Shown: positions 1 to 13,688 of the stretch, in pieces
Layout of the letters: each line of letters starts with the position of its first letter
How positions within the stretch are numbered: the stretch's first letter is position 1
Source of the DNA: Octopus vulgaris
Taxonomy: Eukaryota
Assembly (NCBI GenBank): GCA_951406725.2
Contig: OX597817.1
Coordinates: 168,826,001 to 168,890,000 of the forward strand
DNA length: 64,000 nt
Direction: 5' to 3'
The notes under the pieces: generated by a model
What the model saw: only the letters and a program-made list of their open reading frames with translations
Told to the model about the DNA's origin: nothing
Databases searched by the model: none
Translations under genes and position numbers: made by a program

Positions 1-242
1 CACATAGACAGACAGACAGCATCACACATGTATGTATACATATACATATATATGCAACATGCTTCTTTCAGTTTCCATATACCAAATCCACTCACAAGGC
101 TTTGGTCAGCCCAAAGCTAATGTAGTAGACACTTGCCCAAGGTGCCATGAATTAGGACTGAACCGGGAAGCAAGCTTCTTACCACACAGCCACTCCTGCC
201 CTGTCCACTTGTGCACCTATATATATATATATATATATATAT

Positions 243-470
243 TGGCGGCGAGCTTGGCAGAAACGTTAGCACGCCGGGCGAAATGAGTAGCTATATTTCG
301 TCTGCCGTTACGTTCTGGGTTCAAATTCTGCCGGGGTCGACTTTGCCTTTCATCCTTTCGGGGTCGATAAATTAAGTACCAGTTACACACTGGGGTCGAT
401 GTAATCGACTTAATCCGTTTGTCCTTGTTTGTCTCCTCTGTGTTTAGCCCCTTGTGGGTAGTAAAGAAAT
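243..470 (+). mobile_element. SINE family B monomer (tRNA-like head; core resembles the Meta-SINE domain)
   Basis: ggcggcgagctggcagaaacgttag (A box), gttcaaattc (B box), gcctttcatcctttcggggtcgataaattaagtaccag core, aaagaaata end. Other monomers at about 19831-20067(-), 20359-20593(+), 21295-21510(+), 37142-37340(+), 40483-40750(-), 48880-49105(+), 63888-64000(-). The Meta-domain resemblance is from memory. Confidence 0.85.
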
Positions 471-669
471 ATATATATATATATATATATACATACACAC
501 ACACACAGAACAAGCTTCTTTCAGTTTCTGCCTACCAAATCTACTCACAAAGCTTTCATTGGGCCAGGCTACAGTGTAAGACACTTACCCAGGGTGCCAT
601 GCAGTGGGACTGAACCGGGAAGTAAGCTTCTTACCACACACCCACTCATACATCTAAATATATATATAT

Positions 670-1078
670 ACTCTTTACTCTTTTACTTGTTTCAGTCATT
701 TGACTGCGGCCATGCTGGAGCACCGCCTTCAGTCGAGCAAATCGACCCTGGGACTTATTCTTTGTAAGCCCAGTACTTATTCTATCGGTCTCTTTTGCTG
801 AACCGCTAAGTGACAGGGACGTAAACACACCAGCATCGGTTGTCAAGCAATGCTAGGGGGACAAACACAAACACACAAACACATACACACACACATATAT
901 ATATATACATATATACGACAGGCTTCTTTCAGTTTCCGTCTACCAAATCCACTCACAAGGCATTGGTCGGCCCGGGGCTATAGCAGAAGACACTTGCCCA
1001 AGATGCCACGCAGTGGGACTGAACCCGGAACCATGTGGTTGGTTAGCAAGCTACTTACCACACAGCCACTCCTGCGCC
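670..1078 (-). mobile_element. SINE family A, full copy (tRNA-like head, internal TA/TG microsatellite, (gtaaaaga)n tail)
   Basis: Head ggcgcaggagtggctgtgtggtaag (A-box-like) and ggttcagtccc (B-box-like); many copies in the window. Confidence 0.9.
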
Positions 1079-1464
1079 TATATATATATTTACACACACA
1101 CACACACACCTTCTCGACTTACAACTGTCAGGTCATAAGTTGGTCTGGTCATATGCCGGATTTATATTTTTCAACATTATTTTCATTCAAACTCAACTAA
1201 TACCTGAAAGTGAATGAGAGACAGTGGCAGGCTGTAGATGCCTGGGTCTGAGGGAGGCCTGCATAGCCATATGCCGCTATAGTTATCATACGCTCAGCTG
1301 CTCAATGTCCAAGAATCGATGTTTTATCTATTTATTTATTTCCTAATTTTTTGTGGTGCTCCAGCATGGCCGCAGTCAAATGACTGAAACAAGTAAAAGA
1401 GAGTAAAAGAGTAAAGAGTATAAGTCGCATAGGTTGTAAGCCGAGGAGAAGGTGTGTATATATA

Positions 1465-1977
1465 CCGTAAATCTTTGAGTATAGTCCACCCTTGAGTATA
1501 ATACGCAGGGGATTTTTAGGGGGTTGTACCTCTGAAAAACCTAAACCTTGTGTATAATACGCACCCACTTCTCTAACTTGAGTCAAGGAAGTCTATATAA
1601 CGTCCTTGGTTTGTAAAAATGTATATGGTAATGTCCTTTATTATTATTGTGTATATAACATAATGCAAACGTGTAGCTTTTTTGTCCATTTTGTTTGCAG
1701 AAAATAAAGTAGTAACAGTAATAACGTTTAATAAATGTTGCTTACTGCAAGTTATGGATGATTCTTTTATGACTTCATTGCTTTCAGGCCTAGCTGAAGG
1801 TATTTTCCTGCTCGACATCACAAAATGCGTCTGAATAAACATTGCCGGACAGCAAATAGAGACTCGGACATTGCTTAGAATATATTTTTCATTTTTAACC
1901 TCATATATAGTACGCACTAGGGATTTTGACCTTTAAACTTTGGGAAAAAAATGCGGATTATACTCGGGGATTTATGG
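1465..1977. mobile_element. Non-autonomous Tc2/pogo-like MITE
   Basis: TA|ccgtaaatctttgagtatagtcc ... ggattatactcggggatttatgg|TA imperfect TIRs; subterminal repeats of the gtataatacgca type. Confidence 0.8.
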
Positions 1978-2424
1978 TATGAATCAATAAACGAATGGAA
2001 ATGTGACTGAGTGACATTCATTACACTATATAATGGCAGTAAAATAGAATCTACCATACTATGAATTGTATAATATCTACCTCACCTTGTGTGTATGTTG
2101 AATACACAGAAAACCCTAAAAGAAATTCTACAACACCCAATTTGTTATTTCAATGACTAAGGAAGGTGAGGGCATCACTTAATCTCCCTCTCTCCCCCTC
2201 CCCTCCCTCCCTCTCTCTCTCTTAAATTTCAGGAATTATCTGAGAGTTTCAGTTTGACATTTCACTTCCGTATTCTTAATTGGCTTTGAGTAAATTAATT
2301 TGAAATTTGGAATTTAAAGAGAAAGTGGTTTCTGGCTCCTCCTGCTACCACTGCTACTACCGCCGTTGTTGTGGTAGTATATTGGGATGTAGATTCTGAT
2401 ATTCTGGAATTTCTCCTTTGCTAC

Positions 2425-2479
<55 letters not shown>

Positions 2480-4006
2480 GTTACTATGTAATTAAATCCA
2501 TAGCATTGTTTTGTGCAGGTCTCTTTGTGAATACTTAAGCAACTCTCAGTGGATATGAAGTGGAGTTGGTAAATGTATTTTCTGTGTGCGTATGTAGGTA
2601 TGTATGTACAACAATATATCTGCATCATCATCACCACCAGCATCATTATCGTCATCATCATCGTTTTAACATCTATTTTTCTATGTTTGCAATAGATCAG
2701 ATTAGACTATGTTCATCATCATCATCATCGTCGTTTAACGTCCGCTTTCCATGCGGACGATTTGACTGAGGACTGGCAAACCAGATGGCTGCACCAGGCT
2801 CCAATCTTGATTTGGCAGAGTTTCTACAACTGGATGCACTTCCTAACGCCAACCACTCAGAGGGTGTAGTGGGTGCTTTTACGTGCCACTGGCATGAGGG
2901 CCAGTCAGGCAGTACTGGCAACGGTCAAGGAAAATCGTTTTTTTTTTTTAACTGTCACCTGCGTACTGGCACAAGTGCCAGTAAGGTGACACTGGTAATG
3001 ATCACGCTCGAATGGTGCTTTTTACATGCCACCGGCATGAACGCCAGTTAAGAAATTTCTGTGGTTAGATACCCTTCCTGATACTATCACCTGTCACTTA
3101 TTTCCAAGAAAGGTAATTACCCAGTATATTGGACAGAGAACTGTAAGGAAGCAGCATTGTTTTGTTTATAATCAAACTCAGGTATGTCAAGAAACTGGCA
3201 CAAACCCTTTTCCATGCACTGCAAACAAAGAGCATTATCTGTATGGAGAGTGAGGCTTTTGTTCACAACCATTGTACACACATGCCAAAACAAAAGTAAA
3301 TACAAGCTCAGTCATGCACATCCACACATCATCATCATCATCAAACATCGTTCTTCCATGTTGGTATGAGTTCAACAAGATCTGGTGAGCCAGAGGACTT
3401 GTGACATGCTCCCATGTCCGTTTTGGCATTTGTTCCTTTGGTTGGATCTTCTTCCTGACACCAAACACTTTACAGAGTGACTGGGTGTTTATTTTTTTTT
3501 TCTCATGGCACCAACATTAGTGAGGTCCATCATGTAACTCACAAAATTAAGTTCACCTGCCCCCCCCCAACCCCACCATCTAGGGCTTCCTTTAGCAATT
3601 CCTTTGAAAGCATGTCAAAGTACTCTTTGACCTTTACGAAGCAGCAGTTTGTCACTTTCCCCACTTACTTGTTTTTGAACAAATTCCACATGCAGGGAGT
3701 CACACTTTTTTCTGTGCCATTCTGCTGTCACACTTCTTGTGACTGGATTGAATAATGATGACGACAATGATGATGATAATCCTTTCAAATTCTAGGCACA
3801 AGGCCTGAAATTTTACAGTGATCCAGTATTTGACTGGTACTTATTTCATCAATTCATAAAGGATGAAAGGCAAAGTCAACTTCAGCAGAATTTGAACTCA
3901 CAACATAATATAGTGGAAATGCCTCTAAGCATTTTGTCTGGTATACTAGTGACTCTGCCATCTTGTTGCCTTCATAATAATAATAAAAATAATAATAATG
4001 ATGATA

Positions 4007-4406
4007 GGCATAGGAGTGGCTGTGTGGTAAGTAGCTTGCTTACCAACCACATGGTTCCGGGTTCAGTCCCACTGCGTGGCACCTTGGGCAAATGTCTTCT
4101 ACTATAGCCTCAGGCCGATCAAAGCCTTGTGAGTGGATTTGGTAGACGGAAACTGAAAGAAGCCCGTCGTATATATGTATATATATATATATATATATGC
4201 TTGTATGTGTTTGTTCCCCCCAATATCACTTAACAACCGATGCTGATGTGTTTACATCCCCGTAACTTAGCGGTTTGGCAAAAGAGACCGATAGAATACA
4301 TACTAGGCTTAAAAAGAATAAGTCCTGTGGTCGATTTGCTCGACTAAAGACAGTGCTCCAGCATGGCCACAGTCAAATGACTGAAACAAGTAAAAGAGTA
4401 AAAGAG
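4007..4406 (+). mobile_element. SINE family A
   Basis: Full alignment to the 670-1078 copy. Confidence 0.9.
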
Positions 4407-4917
4407 ACTTTCCTGTTGAAGACAACATATGAATGTTCAGCTTCAGGCAAACAACCTGCGCAAATGATTTATTTATGGTGATTGAAGGTATGTTCTGTAT
4501 GTACATTAGCTCACTCCTTCTATCAAATGGATGTTGCCTGAACAGGTGCATAGTGTACCACACATCAGGTGTCAAAGAGATCACAGTGATCGTGAGATAA
4601 AATGTTTTGTTCAAGAACACAACGCACTACCTGGTCTAGTGATTGAAACCACAATTTTGCAATCATGAGTACAACATACTAACCACTTGGCCATGTGAAT
4701 AATAATTCTTCCATTTTATTTGGCATGAGTACCACTTTATTCAGACGACAATATGTTACAAAAATGGCTGACAAGACATGTGAGGTTGTAACATTGTGGT
4801 ATGAGAAAAAGACCTCAGGCAAAAATATTTTACAATATATTAAGTCATTAAAAAATGGTAGTAGAAACACATATATCATAAAACAAAATAAGTAAAACAA
4901 TATATATATATATATAT

Positions 4918-5530
4918 CATCATCATCATCATCATCGTTTAGCGTCCGCTTTCCATGCTAGCATGGGTTGGACGGTTCAACTGGGGTCTGGGAAGCCAGG
5001 AGGCTGCACCAGGCCCAGTCTGATCTGGCAATGTTTTTACAGCTGGATGCCCTTCCTAACGCCAACCACTCCCTGAGTGTAGTGGGTGCTTTTTACGTGC
5101 CAGACAAGGCTGGCAAACGGCTACGATCGGATGGTGCTTTTTACATGCTACCAGCACGGAGGCCAGTCGAGGCTGGCAATGGCCACGATCGGATGGTGCT
5201 TCTTACGTGCCACTGGCACAGAGGCCAGTTGGGGCGGCACTGGCAACGGCCACATTCGGATGGGTCTCTTACATGCCACCGGCACTGGTATCACAGCTAC
5301 AATTTCCATTCATGTTGATCGATTTCGATTTTGATTCTGATTCTCACTTGCCTCAACAGGTTTTTACAAGTAGAGTTTTGTGTCCCAAGAAGGAAAGGTA
5401 TGCATAAGTGGACCGGCTACATCCCAGGTAGAGGCCATGGGTTATGGTCTCACTTGTCCTGCCGGGTCTTCTCACACACAGCATACTTCCATAGGTCTCG
5501 GTCTCTAGTCATTTCCTCGGTGAGACCTAA
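4918..5530 (-). mobile_element. Family C: RTE-like LINE 3' end with long repeated 3'UTR (longest copy)
   Basis: Minus strand starts with LTEEMTRDRDLWKYAVCEKTRQDK* (RTE-like C-terminus), then 55-65-nt repeated modules, the core ggcgttaggaagggcatccagctgta and a (gat)n tail. Confidence 0.75.
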
Positions 5531-5535
5531 AGTTC

Positions 5536-5589
<54 letters not shown>

Positions 5590-5875
5590 TATGGTAAAAT
5601 AAACAATGGACAAGTAGTTATTTATGACATCAAAGAATTTATAAGTTATACAGACATATAAAAATATAATCAGACAGAAAGCAGGATGACAGTCCATAGT
5701 TGACAAGTAGGTCAGATATCCAAAGATTTCACATACAGAAATCAGAGAGAAGAAAGGAAAAAATTCTAGGTAGACCATTACAGCTGTTTCAGGAATTCAG
5801 TGACAAAAAGATGCATCAGTACCCATTGTGCATATATGTATGTGGAGGGGCTAAATTGATGTTAGTAAATATATA

Positions 5876-7109
5876 CAGGGGTTGGACAGAATAATGGAAA
5901 CACCTAACATCATAGCATCATAATTTTGAAATATCAATAGAACTGTGAAAAGCTTGTTTATTTTTATGTTTTTTGATTTATTATTAGTGTTGCTTAATAT
6001 GTTTGTTTTCAGATATGAGAAAAAGGTAATTAAAATTCATTAAAATGATAGATATATCAGATTTTCAAAGAGGTCAAATTGTTGGTGCTCATATGGCAGT
6101 CACTAGCATAATGAAAGCAGTCGAAATATTTGCTGTATCAAGAAGTACTATCTTGAAAGTAATAACAGCCTTTGAGAAAGAGGGAAAAATTTCCTCGTTG
6201 AAGCAAAACTCCAGAAGAAACCAAAACTTTCAGATAGGGAATGTTAGAATTTTATGCGAATTGTCAGAAAGGATCATAAAAGTACAGCTGCCCAAATTAC
6301 TGCAGAGCTTAATGACCACCTCGCGAACCCAGTTCCCACAAAAACTGTTTGCTAGGAACTGCACAAAGCCAGATTTCATGGGAGGGTTGCAAACAGAAAA
6401 CCACTACTTTCAAAAACAAACATTGCAAAGCATTTAGAGTGGAGTAAAAACCTACAGAATTGGTCCCTAGATCAGTGGGAGGGTGTTATTTTCTCTGAAA
6501 GTCATCCTTTACCTTATTTCCAACCACCAGCCGAGTATACGTATGGAGACAGCCAAAAGAAGCATTTCACCCAGACTGCCTTCTTCCATCTGTTAAACAT
6601 GGAGGAGGATCTGTGATGATCTGGGAGTGGGGAGCTATATCTTGGAAATCCACTGGCCCAATGGTTTCCCTTCATAGCAGAATTAATAGTCAAGACTATT
6701 TAAGCATTTTATCTGATCAAATTCATCCTATGGTTGCGGAACTGTTTCTGGAGGGAAACACAATCTTTCAGGATGATAATGCACCAATTCACACAGATAA
6801 AGTTGTTACTGAATGGCACGAGGAACATTCTAGTGAACATCTTATCTGGCCACTACAGACCCCACATTGCAATAGTATTGAACATTTATGGTGCATTTTA
6901 GAAAAACAAGTAAGGAGTCGATATCCTCCACCATCATCACTACAAGAACTGGAGACTGTTTTAGTTGAAGAATGGACAAAAATTCCTTTGGAAACAATTC
7001 AAACTTTGTAGAATTCAAGCTATAATTACAGCCAAAGGTGGTCCTACCCCATATCAAAATAAATTTGTTTGAAATTTTAAGGTGTTTCCATTATTTTGTC
7101 CAACCCCTG
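5876..7109 (+). mobile_element. Full-length decayed Tc1-family DNA transposon
   Basis: 30-bp TIRs caggggttggaca(g/a)aataatggaaacacct with 1 mismatch; TA on both sides (5874-5875, 7110-7111); transposase remnants inside. Confidence 0.95.
6045..7011 (+). pseudogene. Frameshifted Tc1 transposase
   Basis: N-terminal HTH-like segment ISDFQRGQIVGAH..VSRSTI; C-terminal IFQDDNAPIH...WPLQTPHCNSIEHLW (degenerate Tc1 DDE signature); split across frames. Confidence 0.9.
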
Positions 7110-7326
7110 TAAGTATGAAATAACACAATTCCTTGATGAGGTAAATGATATCACAATCATAACTTAAATTGTGTTTATATCATATTTATTTGCTAACATC
7201 AATTTAGTACAGATATATTTTATAATGCACATCACTCAGTATTTTTATCAAGGATCTACCAGTATTCTTCACCGTGATCCTTGTTTAGCATTTATCCCAA
7301 ACATTAGGACATCAGTTTATAAATAG

Positions 7327-7711
7327 ACTAGCAGTATCGCCCGGCGTTGCTCAGGTTTGTAAGGGAAATAACTATAAAGCATTTTTAGAGAGTTATAGCC
7401 AAAAAATAGCAAAAAAATGGGAAAAAAATGATAGTAAATTTTTTTGAGAGTTAAAAAAGGTGGAGTTGCGTCCCCTAGACGGTCTGTGGTTTGGGTTTCT
7501 GATTCTCGACCCCATGTCGAATTTATCGATTTTTTTCAGAACTGGGGGAACTTTTCAAAATTTTCGCTGCGTTAGTTTTGAATTATGACATTGGGCTATG
7601 TGTGTGTCAAGTTTCATCAGAATCGGTTGAAAGCCGTGGTCAGAGTGAGGGTACGAGAAAACAGACACACAGAAAACGCACAGACAAACTGCCGTTTATA
7701 TAGAGAGAGAT
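7327..7711 (+). mobile_element. Non-autonomous Helitron/Helentron-associated element (HINE/Lep1-like)
   Basis: Starts actagcagtatcgcccggcgttgc; 3' part has caagtttcatcagaatcggttg..ccgt, an acagac microsatellite and tttatatagagagat, the usual HINE layout. Family assignment is from recalled motifs. Confidence 0.65.
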
Positions 7712-7924
7712 GAGTGATGTATCATCACTATCTCTCTTCTTGCTTATTCCCCAGTTTTGAAAACCAGGCACACACTTCTATATGCCCTGCACTGAGCAAC
7801 TGAAAAAAATATGACGTCATATACCATTTAGTGCCTCCTTGATCTTTCTTTTAAGGATATTTGGAAAACCTTTCCATTCTTAAGTTAGAGTTAAGTAACC
7901 TTTATTCTTGCCAGTTTTTTATAG

Positions 7925-8345
7925 GAAATACCTATTTCTTTACTACCCACAAGGGGCTAAATACAGAGAGGACAAACAAGGACAGACAAACAGATTAAAT
8001 CGATTACATCGACCCCAGTGCATAACTGGTACTTATTTAATCGACCCCAAAAAGATGGAAGGCAAAGTTGACCTCAGTGGAATTTGAACTCAGAACGTAA
8101 CGGAAGACGAAATACCTATTTCTTTACTACCCACAAGGGGCTAAACACAGAGAGGACAAACAAGGACAGACAAACGGATTAAATTGATTACATCGATCCC
8201 AGTGCATAACTGGTACTTATTTAATCGACCCCAAAAAGATGGAAGGCAAAGTTGACCTCAGCGGAATTTGAACTCAGAACGTAGCGGCAGACGAAATACT
8301 GCTAAGCCTTTCGCCTGGCATGCTAACGATTCTGCCAGCTCGCCA
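7925..8345 (-). mobile_element. SINE family B, one head plus two bodies
   Basis: Internal junction aaagaaata|ggtatttcgtc on the minus strand (~8107-8123). Confidence 0.9.
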
Positions 8346-8898
8346 TCTTTTTATTGGAAATACCACAAGGAAAGAGGCTCTTTCTGTAGCGACATACATT
8401 CTTTCTTTCTCTGTACTATGGAGCACTATTGAGCTGGAAGAGTTGTCAAAGACTGAAAGACACAGCTAATGTATGTAGGAGACACAAGTTTGCTGGTGTG
8501 GACCTGTGATGTCATTGGATGAAGGATTCTGAGTCGGGGGAAAAGTACTGCATATCTTTTATTGAAGTTACATATGGCAGAGAAAGGCCAAGGACAATAT
8601 AAAAAGTGGTGAGACCAGACTTCAGCATTCTGGGCTTCACAAAGAAGATATGAAAGAATTAAGACGAGTTAGGATATAGAGCATTGCAAACCTGTCTAAC
8701 CATGCCATCATTTTAAAACATTTATTAAAACAGGTAGTATTGGGCTGCTGCTGCTGCTGCTGCTGCTACTTATGATTTAGTATGTGCATGCAATAACTAG
8801 GATTTCAAATCAATACCCAAAATTTCCTACAGCCAGACTTGCACTTAGGTGATTGCAAATATGAGTTGATGTGCTGTAAAAAAGAAAAAGAAAACATG

Positions 8899-8948
<50 letters not shown>

Positions 8949-9834
8949 TATTTTAGCTTTAAGCTTCAGTTTTTGGACTAAATATAGAGGTGTGTTAGGG
9001 TATGCACAGTCTGGCTACAGAGAACCCCATGATTTTTAACCATGGGGGCCTATTTTCACAGCAACTTACAATCACATTGAACACATAATTATAACTTTGT
9101 TTATAAATGTAATCACTAATAGGCTGTCAATTCTCTAGTTAATTAATGTATAGAAATATAGTGTGTGTGTGTGTGTGGCGTGTGTGTGTGTGGCGTGTGC
9201 ATGCATGTGAATGAGAAAGAGAGGGAGAGAGAGAAAGTATCTGTGTATTATGACGAACTTCGTCATTGATTTCAAAGACTGAATGTTTCATTTATTGGTC
9301 ATTAGAACTAATTGCTAATTATTCTTTCTAATTTTGGTACAAGGCCAGTAATTTTGAAGGGTGAGTGTGAGTTATTTATGTTGACCCCAGTGCCCAACTG
9401 GTACCTTATCTTATCTGTCTCAAAGGGATAAAAAAACAAAGCTGGTCTCAGCAAGATTTAAGCTTAGAAAGTAAAGAGGCAGTAGAAATGTTGCTAAGAG
9501 TTTCTTCCAATGCACTCATGATTCTATCAACTTTCCACCTTAATGCATGGAACTGAGTCTTCTGCAAACATTTATGTGATACAGCCTAACAAGTCTGACC
9601 CCTTAGAACTACATTTATATAAAAAAAAAATAATGAAATTATTGTATACAGTGCTCAGGCACACCGCAACTTGTCGAAAGTGCGTATGAAGCATATGCAG
9701 TAATGTACAAATGTCTGGAGAGTGAACAGTGTATGAGTCAGACACATGATGCAAGAAGACCTAAGGCTAGCAAAATCCTGAGGCCAATAACATAAAAACC
9801 AACTGAGGTACAAGTCATCATCCTCATCATTTAA

Positions 9835-9869
<35 letters not shown>

Positions 9870-10350
9870 AATTATTGTATACTGTGCTCAGGTGCACCAC
9901 AGCTTGTCAAAAGTGCATATAAAGCATATGCAGTAATGTACAAATGTCTGGGAAGTGAACAGTGTATGAGTCAGATACATGCTTGCGTGTGTATGGAGGG
10001 GAGAAAATCAGGTGTAGTGTTGGTGAATCTCAGGAAGCATGGAAGTTTTGAAGGATGCAGTGCTCCGACAACTAACAACTAATGCCGGCAGTTTGTTCCA
10101 TGCTTCAGCAACTCTCAGCGTGAAAAAATGTTTCCTAAAGTCATGGGTCTGTGCTGTTTTCTGACTTTGTAAACATGTCTACAGGTGTTTGACAGGTGGA
10201 GTTTGAAAAGGTGCTCAGAGCTATTGTTTGTAAGATGGTCAATAATTTTATGGGTGTCTGCCAAGTCAGCTGCCAGATGTTGGAGTTTCAATGTGTCCAT
10301 GCCCAGGGAAGTAAGGCGTTCAGAATATGGCAAATGTCTGATGGAGGGTA
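9835..10350 (-). mobile_element. CR1-type LINE 3' end (same family as 15305), with an extra 3'UTR piece at ~9625-9750
   Basis: PYSERLTSLGMDTLKLQHLAADL..HKII; shared 3' terminus gtgcacctgagcac..tacaataattt and (tta)n tail. Confidence 0.85.
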
Positions 10351-11649
10351 TTCTCTTGAGTTCATCTTGTGGGGGACTAAGAATTCCAAAGACTTCTGAA
10401 TGCTTGACATTTTCCTCAAGTCACATGTTCCACTCAGTTGTACTTCATACATGTAGTGTGTTCTGTGACATACAAGTTGAATTTTCCTGACCAAAATTTA
10501 CAGCCAGAAATGGTAGCTCAGCTTATATACCAATACAGCTTTGGAGGACAAGATGGTGATGAGGATTGAGTGTTTACACTACAGGTGCAGACACGGCTGT
10601 GTGGTAAGAAACTTGCTTTCCAACCACATAGTTCTAGGTTCAGTCTCACGGCATGGCTGTTTAGGCAAGTGTCTTCTACTACAGCCTCAGGCCGACCAAA
10701 GCCTTATGAATAGATTTGGTACACAAAAACTGAAAGAAACCTATCATCATGTATATATTTACATATACATGTGTGTGTCTCCATTTGTCCCCTACCACAG
10801 CTTGACACCGGTTTTGGTTTGTTTACATCCCCATAACTTAATCGTTCAGCAAGAGAGTTTGATAGAATAAGTACCAGATTTAAACAAAGGAAAATAAGTC
10901 CTGAGGTTGATTCATTTGATTGAAAATTCTTCAAGGTGGTGCTCCAGCATGGCCGCAGTCTAATGACTGAAACAAGTAAAAGATAACAGATAAAAGATAC
11001 ATCATCATCATCATCATCGTTTAACGTCCGCCTTCCATGCTAGCATGGTTGGACGATTTTGACTGAGGGCTGACGAACCAGACAGCCGCACCAGGCTCCG
11101 ATCTTGATCTGGCAGAGTTTCTACAGCTGGATGCCCTTCCTAACGCCAACCACTCCGAGAGTGTAGTGTGTGCTTTTTACATGCCACCGGCACGGGGCCA
11201 GTCAGGCGGTACTGACAATGACCTCGCTCGAATCTTTTTACACATGCCACCGGCACAGGTGCCATTAAGGCGACATTGGTAACAATCACGCTCGAATGGT
11301 GCCCTTTTACGTGCCACCGGCACGGAGCCAGTTGGCTGCTCTGGCAATGATCATGCTCAGATGGTGCTCGTTTACATTATACACTATATCAGCTTGTATA
11401 CCAGAAAGTACAATATGTCTTCACATATATTTTAGCTGTGGTGTTTGCTACATGTCACAATAACTACGAAACCTAAGACCCTTGGTCCATCGTAGGAATC
11501 GGTACCATGAGTTTCATCATCAAGGACTGTTACATAGTACAACAAACATGTTTCTCATAATTGATGCAAGGGATTCAAGTCCAGCTGACTGAGGTATCAG
11601 GCAGTTGGCTCCTAGAATGTTATGATTATGATGCAAGCTTCTTAATCTT

Positions 11650-11941
11650 GGAGGCACATGGCCTAGTGGTTAGAGCAGCAGACTCACGGTCGAGGGATCA
11701 CGAGTTCGAATCTCAGACTGGGCGATGTGTGTGTTTATGAGTGAAACACCTAAGCTCCACGCAGCTCCGGCAGAAGGTAATGGCGAACTTCTGCTGACTC
11801 TTTCGCCACAACTTTCTCTTACTCTTTCCTCCTGCATCTTGTAGCTCACCTGCGACGGACTGGCGTTCCGTCCAGGTGGGGAACCTATATGCCAAGGAAA
11901 CCGGGAAACTGGCCCTATGAGCCAGGTGTGGCTCAAGAAGG
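11650..11941 (+). mobile_element. SINE family E
   Basis: ggaggcacatggcctagtggttagagc (A box), gagttcgaatctc (B box); 13-bp TSD aagcttcttaatc (11635-11647, 11942-11954). Confidence 0.85.
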
Positions 11942-11952
11942 AAGCTTCTTAA

Positions 11953-12198
11953 TCCTTTAAAACTACAAGCATGTTTTAGCAGGTACAATTCAGTTTGACT
12001 ACACACCTGTAAGTAACCAACCACATAGTTTTGTATGTAAACAACCTCGTGGTTTTGTATGTGTGGCTGAAAAATAACGATGTTTCTGTCAATTAGTAAA
12101 CCATAAACAAAACCATATGTGGCCTCCACTTTTGAGTTTTCCAAGGGCACACCGAAACAAAATTGTGCCTGCTAAAGTATATCTGCAGGTTTAAAGGG
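11953..12198. mobile_element. Second piggyBac-like MITE family
   Basis: TTAA|tcctttaaaactac ... gcaggtttaaaggg|TTAA. Confidence 0.65.
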
Positions 12199-12474
12199 TT
12201 AACCACACTATCCTTTTGCATGTATGCTTGTGTATATGGTTACATGTACTTATATCATCATCATCATCATCATCGTTTAACGTCCGTTTTCCGCGCTAGC
12301 ACGGGTTGGACGGTTTCGACCGGGGTCTGGGGAGCTCGGGACTGCCCCAGGCTCCAGTCTAGTCTGGCAGTGTTTCTACAGCTGGATGCCCTTCCTAACG
12401 CCAACCACTCCGCGAGTGTAGTGGGTGTTTTTTACGTGCCACCTGCACAGGTGCCAGAGGGGTCTGGCATTATG

Positions 12475-12526
<52 letters not shown>

Positions 12527-12781
12527 GGTAATATGTATATATTATTGTATATGCGTGTAATCTCCGTCATTCGTGTACCAAACATTGTTTACTGTTATGA
12601 TATAATAGTAGTTATGTCATTGATATATAATTTATGTATAGCTGTAGGTACATCTAAGTATTACAGCACAGTTATATATTTTTTATCTCTAAGTGTTTAT
12701 GTAGGTATATATTATTCAGGTACAATATCATATATATATACATACATGCATGCATACATACATGTGTGTGTGTATTTATAT

Positions 12782-12841
<60 letters not shown>

Positions 12842-12997
12842 ATATATATATGTTCTCTTTTTAATTTTACTGAAATTAAGTAGTTTTGCTCTGCCTAAGT
12901 GGAATGGTATTTTAATCTGACCGATAGTTTTAAATGCAGAAATCAATAATGTGTTTCGCTTGCAGTTGAGGATTTGCAGTTTCAAACCTCAACCCAA

Positions 12998-13034
<37 letters not shown>

Positions 13035-13263
13035 CAAGCTCATAGTTTTTTTTTGTCATATTTATTATATCCTGCTTTTTGTTCTTTTTGGAAGGGAGGG
13101 AGGTGGGGGGGGGTTAAATTTATTCTTAAATGCTTTACATTTTATATTGTATACATTATATTTGTCTCACATTGTTTTTCTGTCTCTGTCTCTCTCTCTC
13201 TATTTCATTTTCTTCGTCTTTCTCTCTCCCTCTTTATCTGTCTCTCATTTTTTAATATTTTTT

Positions 13264-13319
<56 letters not shown>

Positions 13320-13374
13320 GTTTTTCATTCCTACTTTTGTTCATTCCTTTATCTCTTTCTCTCCTTCTGTCCTT

Positions 13375-13416
<42 letters not shown>

Positions 13417-13425
13417 CTGTGTGTT

Positions 13426-13467
<42 letters not shown>

Positions 13468-13629
13468 CATACACACATACACATATATATATAATGTATG
13501 TGTGTGTATATATGTATATGTTTGAGTTTATATATTCATATACTATATAAATGCATATATATGTATATATGTATGTATGTATATATGTATATATATATAT
13601 ATATAATTTCTCATTTCATTTGCTTCAAC

Positions 13630-13688
<59 letters not shown>

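Noticed and set aside
2785-3051. Recurring FLQLDALPNANHS ORFs as a gene family
   Set aside because: Antisense translations of the family C 3'UTR; starts and stops differ between copies.
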